Shown here: piece after piece, positions 1-15,761 of the stretch
Layout: the number at the start of each line of letters is the position of its first letter
How positions within the stretch are numbered: the stretch's first letter is position 1
Source: Eledone cirrhosa
Taxonomy: Eukaryota
Length of the DNA: 64,000 nucleotides
Direction of reading: 5' to 3'
Assembly (NCBI GenBank): GCA_964016885.1
Contig: OZ024755.1
Coordinates: forward strand, 8,866,001 to 8,930,000
Notes under the pieces: generated by a model
Seen by the model: only the letters and a program-made list of their open reading frames with translations
Database searches by the model: none
What the model was told of the DNA's origin: nothing
Position numbers and translations under genes: made by a program

Positions 1-223
1 AACATGCGTACCCTTAACGTAGTTCTCGGGGAAATTCAACGTGACACAGAATGTGACAATTCTGCTCCTTCGAATTACAAGTACAATTCATCTTTCTCAG
101 CTGAGTAGACTGGAACAATGTGAAATAAAGTGTCTTGCTCAAAGACACAGTGCATTGCCGGGAATTGAACTCACTGCCATACGTGTGTGAGCCGAATAGC
201 CCATCCACAAAGCTATGCACCTT
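1..223 (-). mobile_element. CORE-like SINE family C (truncated by window edge)
   Basis: Homologous to 54215-54538(-) and 61612-61940(+), and to degenerate copies at 24668-24980(+) and 39360-39665(-). Confidence 0.82.
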
Positions 224-1125
224 TAATGCCTTGCTAAATGCTCAGACTTTTGCGCTCTGTGTTCCAATACCACGAAGGTAAAATTTGTCTTTCATTCTTT
301 AGGGATTCAAATCTGGTGGATTGGCGGAATTGTTAGCGTATCCAACTCTGTGCTTTCTTGGTTCAAATCTCGCCTCCTCTCACTGGAAAAGGAAATGCTT
401 CTGCCAGGAGTTGCGATCGGGAAATATTGTGCATCGTTCTGAATTTACCAAATCTTTCTCTCTTTCTCCCCCTCATTAGAAATATCGTAACGTAACTAAA
501 GTTTTAATACTTATATAAATATATTCTATCATAATTTTATATTTTTTTTTAATTTTATGTTAAGCTATGAACACCAACTTGAGGAAAACCTTTGTTATTT
601 TACTAAATCACTCAGAATTCTTGATTATTTTCAAAATGCTTTGAAATCCATAGGCAGGCGCTTTATTTGGAAATTTTGTAATAAAATGGATAAATCAGAA
701 GTCATGATATCGTGGGTTGTGCTTATGTTGCTCCCAATATTCCGGTACAAAATTAGTTTTAGATTGAATATTAATGTAAAACACGACACTCATTTGAATA
801 TAATGAATAAATAAGTATAATTCGAAAGTTTCTAAGTCTAAAACCGATTTGTAATCTCCTCTCTGTATCCCAGTTGTGTTATCAGAATACTCTTCACTTG
901 AATGACTCGAGAATTATATTCTATACAGTACAGTAAATCCTATGTATTCTAACAATCGTCACCATCAGAATCTACTATAGTTTGCATTATTCATAGTTTT
1001 CCACTGAAGTAACTATATAAGAAAAGTAAGTAGTGTATCCAGCGAGGTTTTTTTTTATCTAAAGTTGTAGTGCTGTCACATTTTTCTCCATTGTTCAACA
1101 GTAAATATTTTTTTCTGTGTCGACA

Positions 1126-1290
1126 CAGCATGACTGAATGGTTAAGAGGTTCGCTTCACTAGCATAAGGTCTCAGGTTCGATACCACAGCATGGCATCTT
1201 AGACAGGTATCATTAACCATAGCCTATGGACGACTCAAGCTTTATTATGAAAACTTAGTTAAAGGAAACTGTTCAGAAAATCGTCGAATT
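1126..1290 (+). mobile_element. Degenerate tRNA-headed SINE family D
   Basis: Colinear with ~2828-2966, 13971-14113, 17092-17243, 23900-24058 and 51855-51980. Confidence 0.65.
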
Positions 1291-2376
1291 TCCTTCTATT
1301 TCAAATTTTATTTAACAAGTACCAGTCTTGTACTGGTGTCGATCCAATCGGTTAGAAACTCTTCTCTAAAATAATTGATTATGTGCCATGTATATTTTCG
1401 GAGTAGACACTTTCAACATACCTTCTACAATGATTTTAACGTACTTCAGTTACATAATCGGAGAGAAATACTACTGATAAAATATTCATCTGCAGCAATA
1501 AATCTACTGTCAGACTAAAACTTCAGATTGTTTTCATTCTACATTCATAAGTATAATGCTAAAATGCATGTAGTGCTCAGAATCCATTTAAAACTAAATA
1601 TATCCAAGATATTCGAGGGAAGAAGGAAGAGAGGGAGAGAGGGTTGCCCTCAAACCGGAGACCTACTATTTTAAACCCCCCAAAAGGCAGAAATTTTTTT
1701 ATCGTTGTTGCATGTAGATGAATGAAAAAGTATAATAGCCATTATAATAGCAATTATAATAGCCATCTTTAACCATCTCCATCAACCTATGGAGACTTAC
1801 ATAAGTAAAGGCTATGACAACCCATCAAATACATCAACAACAGCAAACTGTGTCTACCAATTTACATATTATTTGTGCTTACCGTGATAGTTAATTTAAT
1901 TATATATTAAACAGTGCACAATGGGATGAAGTATATTACAAATTTGTATATCTACAGAATGCTAAAGTATTTAACTCAAGCCTCGAGAAATAAGTATATA
2001 AACATAAATTTGTATAGGTTAGCATGCAAATATGCTATCCATCTTTTTCGATTCACCGCTAAATGCGTAAATAAGGAATATTTAGATCTTTACATGAATA
2101 AATGTCTGTTTTAAAACACACTTCACGCAGCTTCGGTTAAAACTTGTAACGTTTCTGGTGTTTCTGTATAGTTAACACTTTATAATATACCACAGCTGCT
2201 TAGTTCACGATTTAATATATTTAGTATATATATATATATATATAAATATATATATCTGTTTATATATGTGCATATATATATAAATATACATAGACACATA
2301 GATACAATATAAATGTGTATATATATACATAAGTATATATATGTATGTTTGTGCGTATGCATACTTACTTCTCTCG

Positions 2377-2443
<67 letters not shown>

Positions 2444-2993
2444 TCTGTCTGCCTGTATGTAAGTGTGTGAGTTTGCAAATGGAAATGTGAAAATATTATT
2501 TTAAGTATATACTATTTCTTGGTAAACAGTTATATATCATTTTTAGATAATTAAATATTTCTGAAAAGCGAATCACATTATAAATATTCCATTAGTAGGT
2601 GTCAAAATCTTTAATACATGCAGAAACAAAAAGCTGAACTACAACCAAATGTGAGGTGAGAAATATATTTAGCAATGTCGAGTAATGTCGAGCAATGTCT
2701 AGCAATTTCCTTTTTGACTTTTAAACTTTTACTTCTACTCGTTAAAACTTAATGCAGTAAATATGGTGACACCTGCTTCAGTTCGGTTTGTGAAGTGTTT
2801 GGCGTCTTAGAATTGCATAACTTATAGACATGGCTGAGTGGGTAAGGCATTCATCTGGTGATCGCCTGACACCTGCTTGAATTCCATTGAATCGCATCTA
2901 GATCAAGCGTCCTCTGCTATCGTCTCGAGTTCACTAATGCCCTGCGAGTGAAATTTCGTAGACGCATATATATATATATACAAACACACACAC

Positions 2994-3050
<57 letters not shown>

Positions 3051-3101
3051 TTTGTTGGATCACCACTGGATCGAACTGGTCATTCCAGTTATATATATCA
3101 C

Positions 3102-3147
<46 letters not shown>

Positions 3148-3149
<2 letters not shown>

Positions 3150-3412
3150 AGGAAGCTCCAACCGTTAAGGTTGTCTTTTTTCAAGGTATGTCAATATTTA
3201 TTTATAAAACTAATCTGTATTGTATTTTATGGTGAAAACGCACCATAATTTGCCTTGGTGGCCCTTGAAATATGTATAATAAAATAAATATGGTTTTATA
3301 AATATAGTTTACATTTGTTAATATATTGTATATTTACTCACTTCTGTTGAGTGCTTTATATCAGTTATAAAAAATGTTTAAGCTTGTTGAATCCCAACAA
3401 ATTAAATATAAC
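3148..3412 (+). mobile_element. Penelope-like pLTR fragment with degenerate HHR core
   Basis: 3149-3320 is homologous to 29727-29905. 3345-3410 is the reverse complement of 29580-29640. Flanked by (TA)n. Confidence 0.6.
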
Positions 3413-3807
3413 CTCTGCATATATATATATATTCGTGACAGATTTCAAATACACACATACACTTAACTTATATTTTGTTTTACTGGATTAAATACGGCTA
3501 CACCCTCATACTGATTGCTTCAATCTAAAATGTGTGTTTCTGAAGTACACTGTGACTATAACAAAAATTTGATTAAATGGCTAATAGAATTTCATTTCGT
3601 CCCATCTTGCTTTTAGCGGTCAAAACCTGTTGGGAGTGCCTCTGCCCTTTCAACCTTCGGATTGAGGAAACAAATACTCTCGCTCTCTATACATATGTGT
3701 ATGTATGCATATATGTATTTAAGTCAATACTAATATATATATATAAATATATATATATGTGTGTGTGTGTATATATTTATATTTATATTTATATATATAT
3801 ATATGTG

Positions 3808-3840
<33 letters not shown>

Positions 3841-3974
3841 ACACATACATATAAATATGTATATATATGTGTGTGGATATAATAATATATGTGTATATAT
3901 GTGTGTATGTATATATATATATAATGTATGTATATATATATATATATATATATAGATATATATAGATATATAGA

Positions 3975-4005
<31 letters not shown>

Positions 4006-4770
4006 TATATATATAAATATATATATATATATGTGTGTGTGTATATATGTATATATATGTGGGTGTTTGTATACTTATATGTACATCTATTGGTGTGTGT
4101 CGATTGGATTGACTAAAACCTTACCCTGTGATTTTGTGGCCTTGTATAAGAAGAAATCGATATTGTCTTTTCCTGATGCATTTTGTACGACCTTCCTTCC
4201 CCAACACCACCACCATCGACCCCACCAACCTTCGGGGAATAGCTATGTATCCCAAAAACTCATTTCTTCTTTGCATTAATTTGATTTCATCAGTTGAAAG
4301 AAAACGTCGGCGAAAGATACTTATGCTTGTTGTACAATTGCATAAAGGAAAGGACGTTCAAAGTTATTTGATGTGAAATAGATAATCTTTTCGTTAAATA
4401 TACTGCAAGATTCATGTCCTGTCTACACACTAACGTTTTAAGGGATTTCACCAAATGATAGTGTTATTTTTTTGTTTAATCATTATCGTTTTCGCTGTTT
4501 TTAAGTATATTGCTGCAATGGCAGAAATCCTTTTGAGCAAATATAGCAACAATACTCATTTTAGCAAAAAGGTTTTCACCACATAAACCAGCATGACATT
4601 TTCGAGGAGAATATGTATACATTCTAAACTCCATTTCCTTGCTTCTTTTATATTAATTTGATTTCATCATCGGTAAAAATAGGGACAATTCTCTAGCAGC
4701 ACGATTGAAACAAGATTTAAGCAAATATTACTTCCCATATATCAGTAGAAGTGATTGCTTTCCTATATAT

Positions 4771-4823
<53 letters not shown>

Positions 4824-4899
4824 CGCCTATATATATGTGTGTGTGTGTGTATATGTATATATATATGTATATGTGTAAATATATATATACATATATATG

Positions 4900-4938
<39 letters not shown>

Positions 4939-4953
4939 GTTTATATATATATG

Positions 4954-4985
<32 letters not shown>

Positions 4986-5118
4986 CTACATATATATACA
5001 TATATATAAATATATACATATATATACATATATACATATATATACATATATGTACATATATATATACATATATATACATATATGTACATATATATAAATA
5101 TATATATGTATATATATG

Positions 5119-5163
<45 letters not shown>

Positions 5164-5369
5164 CTGCCTTTATTTGTTCACATTCCTTTTTCACAAGGAA
5201 GCCATTTTAAAGATTATCGTTGTTGTATTAGTGTGGCACAAATTCAGCCCAGCGTTGCAATATAACGAAAGTGAAACCTACTTTGCTTAAATCCGATAAC
5301 ATATCAATGTACTCATACAGACACGACAGTATAAACATGGATACATACACACATACATATATATATAGT

Positions 5370-5443
<74 letters not shown>

Positions 5444-5517
5444 CTATCCATACATGTATATGTTTCTCTTACTTCTTTTCCCTCTCTCCTCTGCTCTCTT
5501 TCTCTCACACACACGTA

Positions 5518-5582
<65 letters not shown>

Positions 5583-5637
5583 AATATATATATATATATA
5601 TGCATATATATATATTAACACATTTATGTATATATAT

Positions 5638-5678
<41 letters not shown>

Positions 5679-5790
5679 TAAAGTGACTACCATAACAATA
5701 ATAATAGGCGATCGTTTGTATTTCTGATCACGGGGTAATGCCTATATATGCTCGAGTCTACAATATCAATTCCTCCTCTCTCATTATTTA

Positions 5791-5958
5791 GGGCGGTGAA
5801 TTGGCAGTATCGGTAGAGGGTCAGACGCCATGCTTTCCAGCATAGTTACGTCCCTTCGAGGTTAACTTTGCCTTTCATCCTTACCAGGTCGATAAAATAA
5901 AGTACCAGTAATGAACTGGGTAATTGCTGGCCTTGTGCCAAAAGTAGAAACAATTATT
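5791..5958 (+). mobile_element. tRNA-derived SINE with Meta-type core (family A)
   Basis: Core ggttaactttgcctttcatcc..gtcgataaaataaagtaccag. Flanking direct repeat ATTATTTAGGGC at 5783-5794/5953-5964. Confidence 0.85.
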
Positions 5959-6241
5959 TAGGGCCTGACGTCATCCATGTTATTTTCCCCCTTACCAATA
6001 GTTTAACCTTTAATCTGTTAAAAACACTTTACTCTACGATCTTTATATTGTTGCGTCAATAGAGAGAGCTATCCTAACCTCGTATTAAATCTCGTACGTT
6101 ACGACATACACATTTTCTTTGTGAAAATTAAGTAGTCAGTTTATATATATATATAAAGAAAAAAAGATGAAATCGAAAATGCAACTGGAGTCTTATTTTT
6201 AAAAATGTGAGAAGAACCACAGACCCTCCATCTCAACTCTA

Positions 6242-6277
6242 CTTTTGAAAAGCAGAAGAACTGCGAAACCGGTAAAG
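6242..6277 (+). ncRNA. Minimal hammerhead variant with U3-A8 covariation
   Basis: CTT TTGAAAA GCAG-AAGAA-CTGC GAAA CCGG TA AAG, inside an inverted-repeat element. Confidence 0.55.
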
Positions 6278-6505
6278 GAACCAAATAAATATATATATAT
6301 ATTTTTTTAAATAAGACTCCAGTTGCATTTTCGATTTCAACTTTTTTTTCTTTATACTTTCGCTCGTGTAGGACACCTCGGTTATTTTTCATTTTGTAAA
6401 AACACCTCGCTTTCTAATATATATATATAAATGAGCGGAACAAGTAATCATCAAATAATCTTTTAAATAAATTAAAAAACGATTTAAATATTCACCTGTT
6501 CTATT

Positions 6506-6563
6506 GCCGTTACCGACGGTTTCACTAATCAAAAGATTGGAAAGAATTAGATCTTCAGACAGC
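6506..6563 (-). ncRNA. Type I hammerhead ribozyme
   Basis: Minus strand reads GCTGT CTGAAGA tCTAAT...ATTAGt GAAA CCGTCGG TA ACGGC. Stem I GCTGT/ACGGC, GUA triplet. Confidence 0.75.
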
Positions 6564-6978
6564 TATTTCCGTACTTTAAGAGTATAAAGCCTCATAGTAA
6601 GATAATATATCGCTTCCTGCCCGTTGTATGGGGTCAGGCCGTTATAGTGACACACACACAAAAATAGGCCGTAAGTAAAAGCGGGATATTATAAACTTGT
6701 TGATCATGCTCCTAAAAATAGCAGCGCGATATAACGTTTTGTTCTCTACATATAGGAGAATAATTATAAAAGGGTATGGATATTCCAACAGGCACTAAGT
6801 ACCTACAGAAATACGCATGGTGTTTATAATAGTTGTGGTTCGATGGTACTAATTTGAGATACCAGAACTATAAAAATGAGCGGAACAAGTAATCATCAAA
6901 CAATCTTTTAAATAAATTAAAAAACCATCGAACCACAACTATTATAAACACCATGCCTATTTCTGTAGAATATCCATA

Positions 6979-7057
<79 letters not shown>

Positions 7058-7092
7058 GTATACATATATATATATATGCTCATATTCGTATG

Positions 7093-7123
<31 letters not shown>

Positions 7124-8352
7124 ATACATTTATACATATATATATTTATATGAATTTCAAATGCAGAATATTTCAACAGTAATCTAGAGACAGGAAGTTC
7201 GTCTCAGCGAATATTACATGATTTTCTAGTCTATTATTTACAGATATTTTCTGTGTTTGGATTTTCAAATCACAAATGCTTCAATAATTCATAAGATTCG
7301 TGTATATATATCTAGCTAGGGTAAAATTCCCGGGATATATATATATATATATATAGGGGGCAGTTGTTTGTGTCTGTAATCATCGTGTATCTGTGCGTGT
7401 GTGTGTTTGGGTGTGTTTGTCTCTCAAAGTTTGTGTGTGTGTGTACATATATATTCTAATATATGATACATTATATTATATCATTATCTATTATATTATA
7501 TTATATTATTATATTATATTATAACTGAGCCTGTGGAAAATATATAAAACGTTGCAATATTACTATATTCGTTTCATTGATTTGTAATACAAACATTTAC
7601 GTTGCCCTTGTGACAATTACAGAATTTATTGGTTTTAATATTATAGTCCTTGCATTTACCCTATTTTGATATTGTTGTTGTTGCTGCTGTTATTGTTATT
7701 ATAGCAAATACGTCCTCTCATTAATCAATGAATACCACTAGATTCGTATATTTGTCTACAACTATGCATGCGTAAGCGTGCCTGCTTTGCACAGAAAGAA
7801 TGGCCGCCGTCCAAATTGTAAATGAAGTATTATTTCTTCTAAGCCGATGATGGTTTACTGAACGATTAGCTTCATCAACTTCTCTGGCAGTCAGCCGTCT
7901 CATTCATTCAAGCCCACAGATAACGACGCTATTTAGAAAACCTCGATATATTTGTTAACATATATACATCAATACATATAGATATACTTGCATAGTTACA
8001 TACACGCACGTACCTACTACATATATATAGATAAAAACAGGCATACACATATAAATACAAACATAAATACATACATACATATACACATACATGCATGCAT
8101 GCATACATACATATATATACATATATACATGCATACATACATATATGTACACAAAGGCATATATGTGTAAATGTATATACGTATATACATATATATATAT
8201 ATATGTAAACACCTTGTATATATTTATATATATATATATATATATAAGAAAATGTTCAAGACCCCGACGGCAGAGCTCAACACTCTACTACCCAAAGTAT
8301 TGAGTACTCTGGTGCGTTATGGTCCACCTGGTCCCTTACCACACTTCCTTCG

Positions 8353-8389
<37 letters not shown>

Positions 8390-8407
8390 AGGTGTTTATA
8401 AATATAT

Positions 8408-8456
<49 letters not shown>

Positions 8457-8922
8457 CATATATAATGTAGAGTCTCATCTATATATATATATATATATAT
8501 ATTATATACATATACATAAAGAGAGAGAGAGAGGGGGTGGTGAGAAAGAGGGAGATAGACTGATAGATAAAAATATATATGATTATATGTATGTATACAT
8601 ACATGCACGACCATTTACACAAATACACATGCGTACGTGTGTGAGTGTGTGAGTGTGTATGTGTGTGAATGTGTGGGTGTGTGTGGGCGGGTGTATGGGT
8701 GTGTATGTGTACGCCTGTGAATACGTTTACGTGTGCCCGGACGCGATCATATATATTTTGCAGCTTGCACATGTCAGTACGACAGACGTCTTGTGTTTGA
8801 TATATTGTTAGGCTTAATGGATGTATTTCCGGTTCATTCACATACGCATACATAGACTCGAGTACACACACATATATACACACATACACACACACACTGA
8901 CGCACGCATATATATATATATA

Positions 8923-8998
<76 letters not shown>

Positions 8999-9891
8999 CT
9001 TACGCATATATATATGTATACATTTTTGTATAAATGCATATAGACATATATATATATATATATGCATTTGTATGCTGATATATGTTTATTTACACGCATC
9101 TATATATATATATATATATATATATATGCTTGTGAGTGTGTGTGTGTGTGTTTGTGTTTGTATATGTACCTGTGTGTATGTTTGTCTGTATGTCTGTGTG
9201 TATATGTCTATCTATGTGTGTGTGTCTGTGTGACTGTGACTGTGACTGGGGTGTGTTTCTATATATCCATGTGAACAGTAATTTTGGACTGACATTGTAC
9301 CAAGACATGACAGCGATAGTAAACGAGACGTGAATACTCTTAAGAGCCAAATATACAAACAGTTAAATTCTTTAACAGTGAATGTTTTCATAATTCTGGT
9401 TTGGTTGTTAGTTAAGAAATAATTGTAGATGTTTCATGTGACTATATTTATTGACACTTATTTGATATGATATTACATTCCACTATATAATATATGTTTC
9501 ATAGTATAAATTTTATATCTATATATAATAAATGATGTACTACACGGTATTGCCCAAGGCATCTTATGTAAATTCTTCTTGTATTAGTTACTGTATGACA
9601 AACATTGTGCTCTTTCTTCCTATTGTTTTAATGGCTGTTATTGTTATTAATATTATCATCATCATGATCACCATCATAATCATCACCTTTATTTATCAAA
9701 TTTAGTCTTATTTTTTATTGCGTGACGTCACTGCATGATCTAGCATAGCTTCGTGTGCCATGTATATGTGCAGAGTTGTTGCTGGTATTATTTCTATTAT
9801 TAGGGGTTCCGTTGGTAATATATTTGCAGGTTCAGTCCATCCGATAGTTTACAAACACTTTCCCTACTTTCTACTTTCACTCACAAGACAC

Positions 9892-9969
<78 letters not shown>

Positions 9970-11579
9970 AGGGAGAAAGAAAGGAAGCCCTGTATATGTC
10001 GATAACATCAATATAAAAACAATCTTGACAAGTAACTTTCCGTTGAAGCCATCAGCATCAACGTACAACACACATTTATAACTAACAGCAGCTATCAGAA
10101 CCTCTGTAAAATACACATTTATAACAGTGCCCATCACAAGAGTGATTTGCCAGTTTTAATATATCGACTGGCAAGTGATATATTGTGAAATGACGAACTG
10201 AACAAATAACAGTATCACGTAGAAAAGGGGAACAACAGGAAAAAAAAACATATTTTTAAAACTATAAATATATAAAATCGAACGACTATATAAAAATCAG
10301 TGACTAGAGCGTTTTATTATATTGATAAGCGTCACAGTTTAATTTCCTACGGGAGCCTAGAAGTGAAAATGTATATGAATTGATCAACGCTGTTCAAAAT
10401 CTGTCACTAGCTCAACAGGGTGTTTAACCTTTATAAATAAGTGTTGCAATCTCTACCACCATCTGCAGTATTTCACGTACATGACTCTCTCTTGTTACTC
10501 ACTAGTGTCTCTTAATAAATTTATCATCCATCGGTTAACAAACCATGCTTGCGGGAGGGCTAGCATCGAACTGATTGGCGTTTATATTCTATTGTTTAAA
10601 CAGATTCATGTATAATATCTCATCACATCATAAAGCAATCCCCCCTGAGGGTTTTGAGATCTATGACACTCATAACTGATGGAACAGTGTAATTCAGTAC
10701 AAGCTTAGTTCAAGTTGTACTAGAAGCAGAATTTTCCTGTCAAAACCAGACGTAATTCGTCAACACACATATTACATACGACTAACGAAGGAAATTTACA
10801 ATTTATTTTAATAATATTAAAGACACATAGTCTAATGTTTAGAGCATGGTCTCATAATCATAAGGTCTATTGATTAGAGTGGTAGCCTCATTATTGTGGG
10901 TTCGATTCCCAGGCGACTTCATGCTCTCAGGATTGATTACAGGTTGTGTTCTGGAGCAAAGTACTTCTTTTCACGTTGCTCCAATTCATTCAGCTGTAAT
11001 GTATTATGTGATTCTATTAATAGTCTATAAACTGTTTGACACAAATGGTGTTGGTATCAAGCTTCCTATGTATTCAGAATCCATGGAATACTTATCTTCA
11101 GAAGTGAATTAATATTAGATATTAATACTCTTTAAATTCGTTTCTTGTCGGTTTCATTTCAAGCAGCATCTTGTAATCATGCTGGAATCGGTAACAAACA
11201 AATGCTAGTCACAAACTAGCATCGATTTAACCATGTGGTCTTGTGCTAATAGTCGAAATAAATATTACAATAAAATGTAGAAATACGAACTTATTTCATA
11301 TATACATACACATACCAACACATACAAATTAGAGCATGTCCATGCATTTGAAATAGACCAGATATTTATAGGTATATATATAAAGGACAAGAAATATAGC
11401 AACATGTTTCCATGACTAGCTGGGTGTAATATATATGTTACAAAATTTATAAGTAGACATCTATTGAAAATAGTTTTGTCCTTTAATACAACCGAGCGTT
11501 TTAATTATTTTGTGGTTAATTTTTATAATATTTGTGTATATATATATATTTGTGTGTGTGTGTGTATGTATATATATAT

Positions 11580-11685
<106 letters not shown>

Positions 11686-11686
11686 A

Positions 11687-11785
<99 letters not shown>

Positions 11786-12584
11786 TTAGTTTTAGTCTGC
11801 TGTACCATTCAATCAGAACACGATCAAATTTAGCAACGAAGTCAATATTTATTCTTAAATAGAAGGAAATAAAGAAGAAAATAAAGGAGGAGAAATGAAG
11901 GGGGAAAAAGAAGGATGTAGAAATGGAAACTAATTAGACTCGCATGAAATTAATTTCTGAAAGAAGTAATGTGTTCCACCAGAGGCTAATTTTTAATTAA
12001 CGATTGCTTACTGGCAGCAAACAGATATGTTGACTGTGGAACTCCATATATTGAAAGTACCAAAGTGTTCACCTCAATAGGGAAACAGCTACGACTTTTA
12101 TTGATTCTTCTGACAGTGATATGCTATGTTATATTATTTCCTCCTGTTTTTCATGGTTTCGTTTTAGCATATTTCTCATGCTGTTTGCTGTCGACGAATT
12201 TGTTGTTGTTATTGTTGTTGCTGTTGATTTTGTTGTTTTTTTTGTTTTTTTTTGCATTTATGTTTTTGTTGCTGATGTCGTCGTCTGGGCTAAATTTAGT
12301 GTTCTGGATTTTGGTTATTATTATCATTGATCTTGGTTCATATTCAGTTTCATATTAATAAAGATATCCCAGGTAGTTTTCTAGTATGCATGGATCTCTC
12401 TCTATTTTCTCCCCCACTCCTATTCTAGCCTTTTCTGTATATATAACACTGAAGCTAAACCTAACATAACAATAAGTATAAACCTTACTCGAACATTTAA
12501 ATCTTATCGAGACCATCTCTTCCCAGAGAAGAACACAACCGATTTCTTTCAGAGAAGGAATATTCTGAGAGAGATAAATAAATG

Positions 12585-12651
<67 letters not shown>

Positions 12652-14140
12652 GAGTTTCATGAACCGTAGCCTGCGACTCACAAGTTACTAAAAAGGTTGA
12701 CTAAGAGCGTTGACACCAGGGAGGGCAACCGGTTGTACAGCTTTATTTGACAAAACGCTGTCAGGGAGTCCTCAAGATTTAACGAGGTAACTGGCCTTAC
12801 GACCCATGTTGTATACACAAACTTACCTGTGATGTTTTCCCCCTGTCACATTGTTTATATCCTATATCATGCAATTGTTTCCTATTTCATCGACACCAGT
12901 AATATGACAGTCAAAATTGACTCCACACCACTGTGAGATTTTAAACTCAGGACATAAAACCTAGTGATTAAACACTGCAATGTTTTTTTAACCGGCATTT
13001 CAACAAATCTGTCAAACTGCAGCTTTTGAGATTTTTCTATATATAATACAAGGAAATGTTTATAATATATTACAAAGAAATGCCAAGCTGTTTGTTATAA
13101 TTGAGAACTTAAAATGAATTCGCCTCTTTACATCAATCAACTACTGAACATTAAAAAAAAAGTAGGACATTGTCTTGTGTTATGTTAATTAACCAAATGT
13201 TTCTTTTTTTAATTTCTTCTTCACTTGAATTGAATAAAACCAAAATAATGAAATAAAGAAAGAAATTGCCAAGAAAATTGCAAAAAGTCGTAGTGGTATC
13301 TTTTTACCAATAAAAAAAATCTCATTCAATCATATGGTCGTATTGAAATATAGTGTGAGTTTTTTGAGAATTTATTGTACCTTATTAATGAAATGTCTGA
13401 CAGAAGTTTAGCTCATTTTCAAGCTGAGATTAAATGCACTTTTTATCTGCTGTAAAGTACCCAGCAATTTCCTAATTAGGGCGCGTTGTCATGTTCGCGG
13501 CTTGATAATTAAAAACAATAAATTGGGGGAGAGGGGGGTGTGATTGAATCTGTTTCCTGATAATTAAAATCTATTTTAGTTTTATCGATTAGAACAGGTA
13601 TTTCATACTGAACTGAGATGGAGTTATCTGACAAAAAGATTTAATTCAGATTGCGTTAAAGCCATTCATTTTATGGTTTGGATGATTGGGAATTATTTAG
13701 TGTAACAATGGAATATATTGGTCAACCGATACCGTACTTTGTTTTAGAAAATAATTCAAGAAATTATATTATAATCGTTGAACATTCTCGTAAGGAATCG
13801 TGGTAACCTTCGCTCATAGCCATGTTAAGTTTCTCTTTGGGACTTTGAGAGTGAGTACTGCGGTCCTGGATGTTTCCACGTCTATGACATTTTACTATGG
13901 CTAATTCAGTTCATCAAGCTCTTAATATACGATTTCCAACACTCGTATATTGGGTGCTGAGAATAACATGCAGGCGTGGTCATGTGATTAACGAGTTCTG
14001 ATTTCAGTCCCATTGCCCGGCATCTGAAATAAGCGGCTTCTACTATAGCCTCCAGTTGACTAATGCTTTGTGAGTAGAATTTGGTAGATGGGCACTGTTT
14101 AGAAGCCTGTCATGTATACATATATGTATATATATATATA

Positions 14141-14335
14141 TATAAGGCTCGACTGAAACATTCAAACTCTGACTATGAGGGATTATTTGAGCTGTGAAAA
14201 CTTGCATGGATTAATTTGAACTCTATTTAATAACTGCATTGCTATTTTCCAAGGACTATGTTAAAAAATAAACCTCATTTGGTTATTCCCTGAGAGTATT
14301 TTGGTCAGTCTGTGAACCTTTCAGCCGACATGGTA
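14141..14335. mobile_element. Mariner-type MITE
   Basis: Imperfect TIRs tcgactgaaacattca..ctgac / gtcagtctgtgaacctttcagccga. TA flanks. Confidence 0.55.
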
Positions 14336-14378
14336 CAAACACATATTGTTGCCGGTTTAAACATATGTGTGTGGGGGG

Positions 14379-14425
<47 letters not shown>

Positions 14426-14663
14426 CATGTATGCATGTATGCATGTATGCCAGTATGTATGAATATCCTCTTCTCACTCTATATTTCTTTTGTTTTCTTC
14501 TCTTTCTCCCAATCTTCTGATAAAGGACTTGTCTTCGAAATGTTAATACTCATTTCCTGGTATTCCAAGCGTTAAACTAATATATTGCTTCAACGTACTG
14601 TGTCATTTGCTTTGTTATTTTTGTTTACATTATGTACATACACACACACGTGCACATGTATAT

Positions 14664-14735
<72 letters not shown>

Positions 14736-15305
14736 TTACGCATTTTTTCTGGTAATTGCTGTATTATTAATCTATACGAGTGTAAAGTAGGTAAAACAAA
14801 TGAGATTGCAATTCTATCATTTGAATTAATAATGAACCGACGTATTTCTTATTGGAAATCGCATCAATAATGGGAGAACAGCGTTTAGCTTAGTAATTTA
14901 TCAGGATTTTAACGTTAGTATCCTGTTTATATTGTTGATATTGCTACTATTGTTGTTGTAGCTGCTGTTGATTGTACTGGTATTGCAGTTGGTGTTTGGT
15001 GTTGTTAACACTGCTGTTGTTGTTGCGACTAATGTTGTTGTAGTTGATATGTTCGCTGTTGTTGTTAATGGTACTGTTGCTGCCATTGACGATGGTGGTG
15101 GTGTTTAGTTGTTTTAATTGATGATTAACTATATATATATACATACATATATATATAAATTTATATATATATATATATATAGTAATAATAATAAATTTGA
15201 AGACTAAAATCCAAAGAGGGCTCGATAAGGATAAATATATATTAGATATATAAGAACCTTAGGGCAAATATTTATTAAAATAACAGATTAAATTTTAAGC
15301 AAAGA

Positions 15306-15340
<35 letters not shown>

Positions 15341-15711
15341 GCATCCGAATTTTGTTCTTTCGCGGATGTTGGCCGACCACCACAGCTTCGATTTTACTAA
15401 CCTTCTAATCCTGTATATATATATATGTGTGTATATGTATATAAATATAAATATATGATTCATTTTGGTGATTCAATACTGGGTAGAATTGGTCTTTCCT
15501 CGAAGTAAACCATGATGTAATGTTTTGAAGGCATTCGACGTTATGCAACTCATCTATCTCTGATGTTGAATCATGTTGGTGGTGCGGGAACGGAGTTGAA
15601 TTATAGGGTAAAATGGCAGGAGCCCGGAGAGGTTGTATTCCTTTAGATTTTATTACTGCAGACACTAAGCACATGTCAGTGTCCAGGTTTCGTATGAACC
15701 CGGTGACATCA

Positions 15712-15761
<50 letters not shown>

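Larger units (their letters stand above)
6150..6990. mobile_element. Cluster of HHR-bearing pLTR-like elements with inverted and direct repeats
   Basis: Inverted repeats at ~6152-6205/6303-6356 and ~6802-6846/6925-6968. Direct repeat at ~6428-6480/6873-6925. Two HHRs. (TA)n flanks. Confidence 0.6.

Noticed and set aside
10134-10188. Hairpin TTGCCAGT...ACTGGCAA as a possible miRNA precursor
   Set aside because: The continuous stem is too short and I recognise no known mature miRNA.
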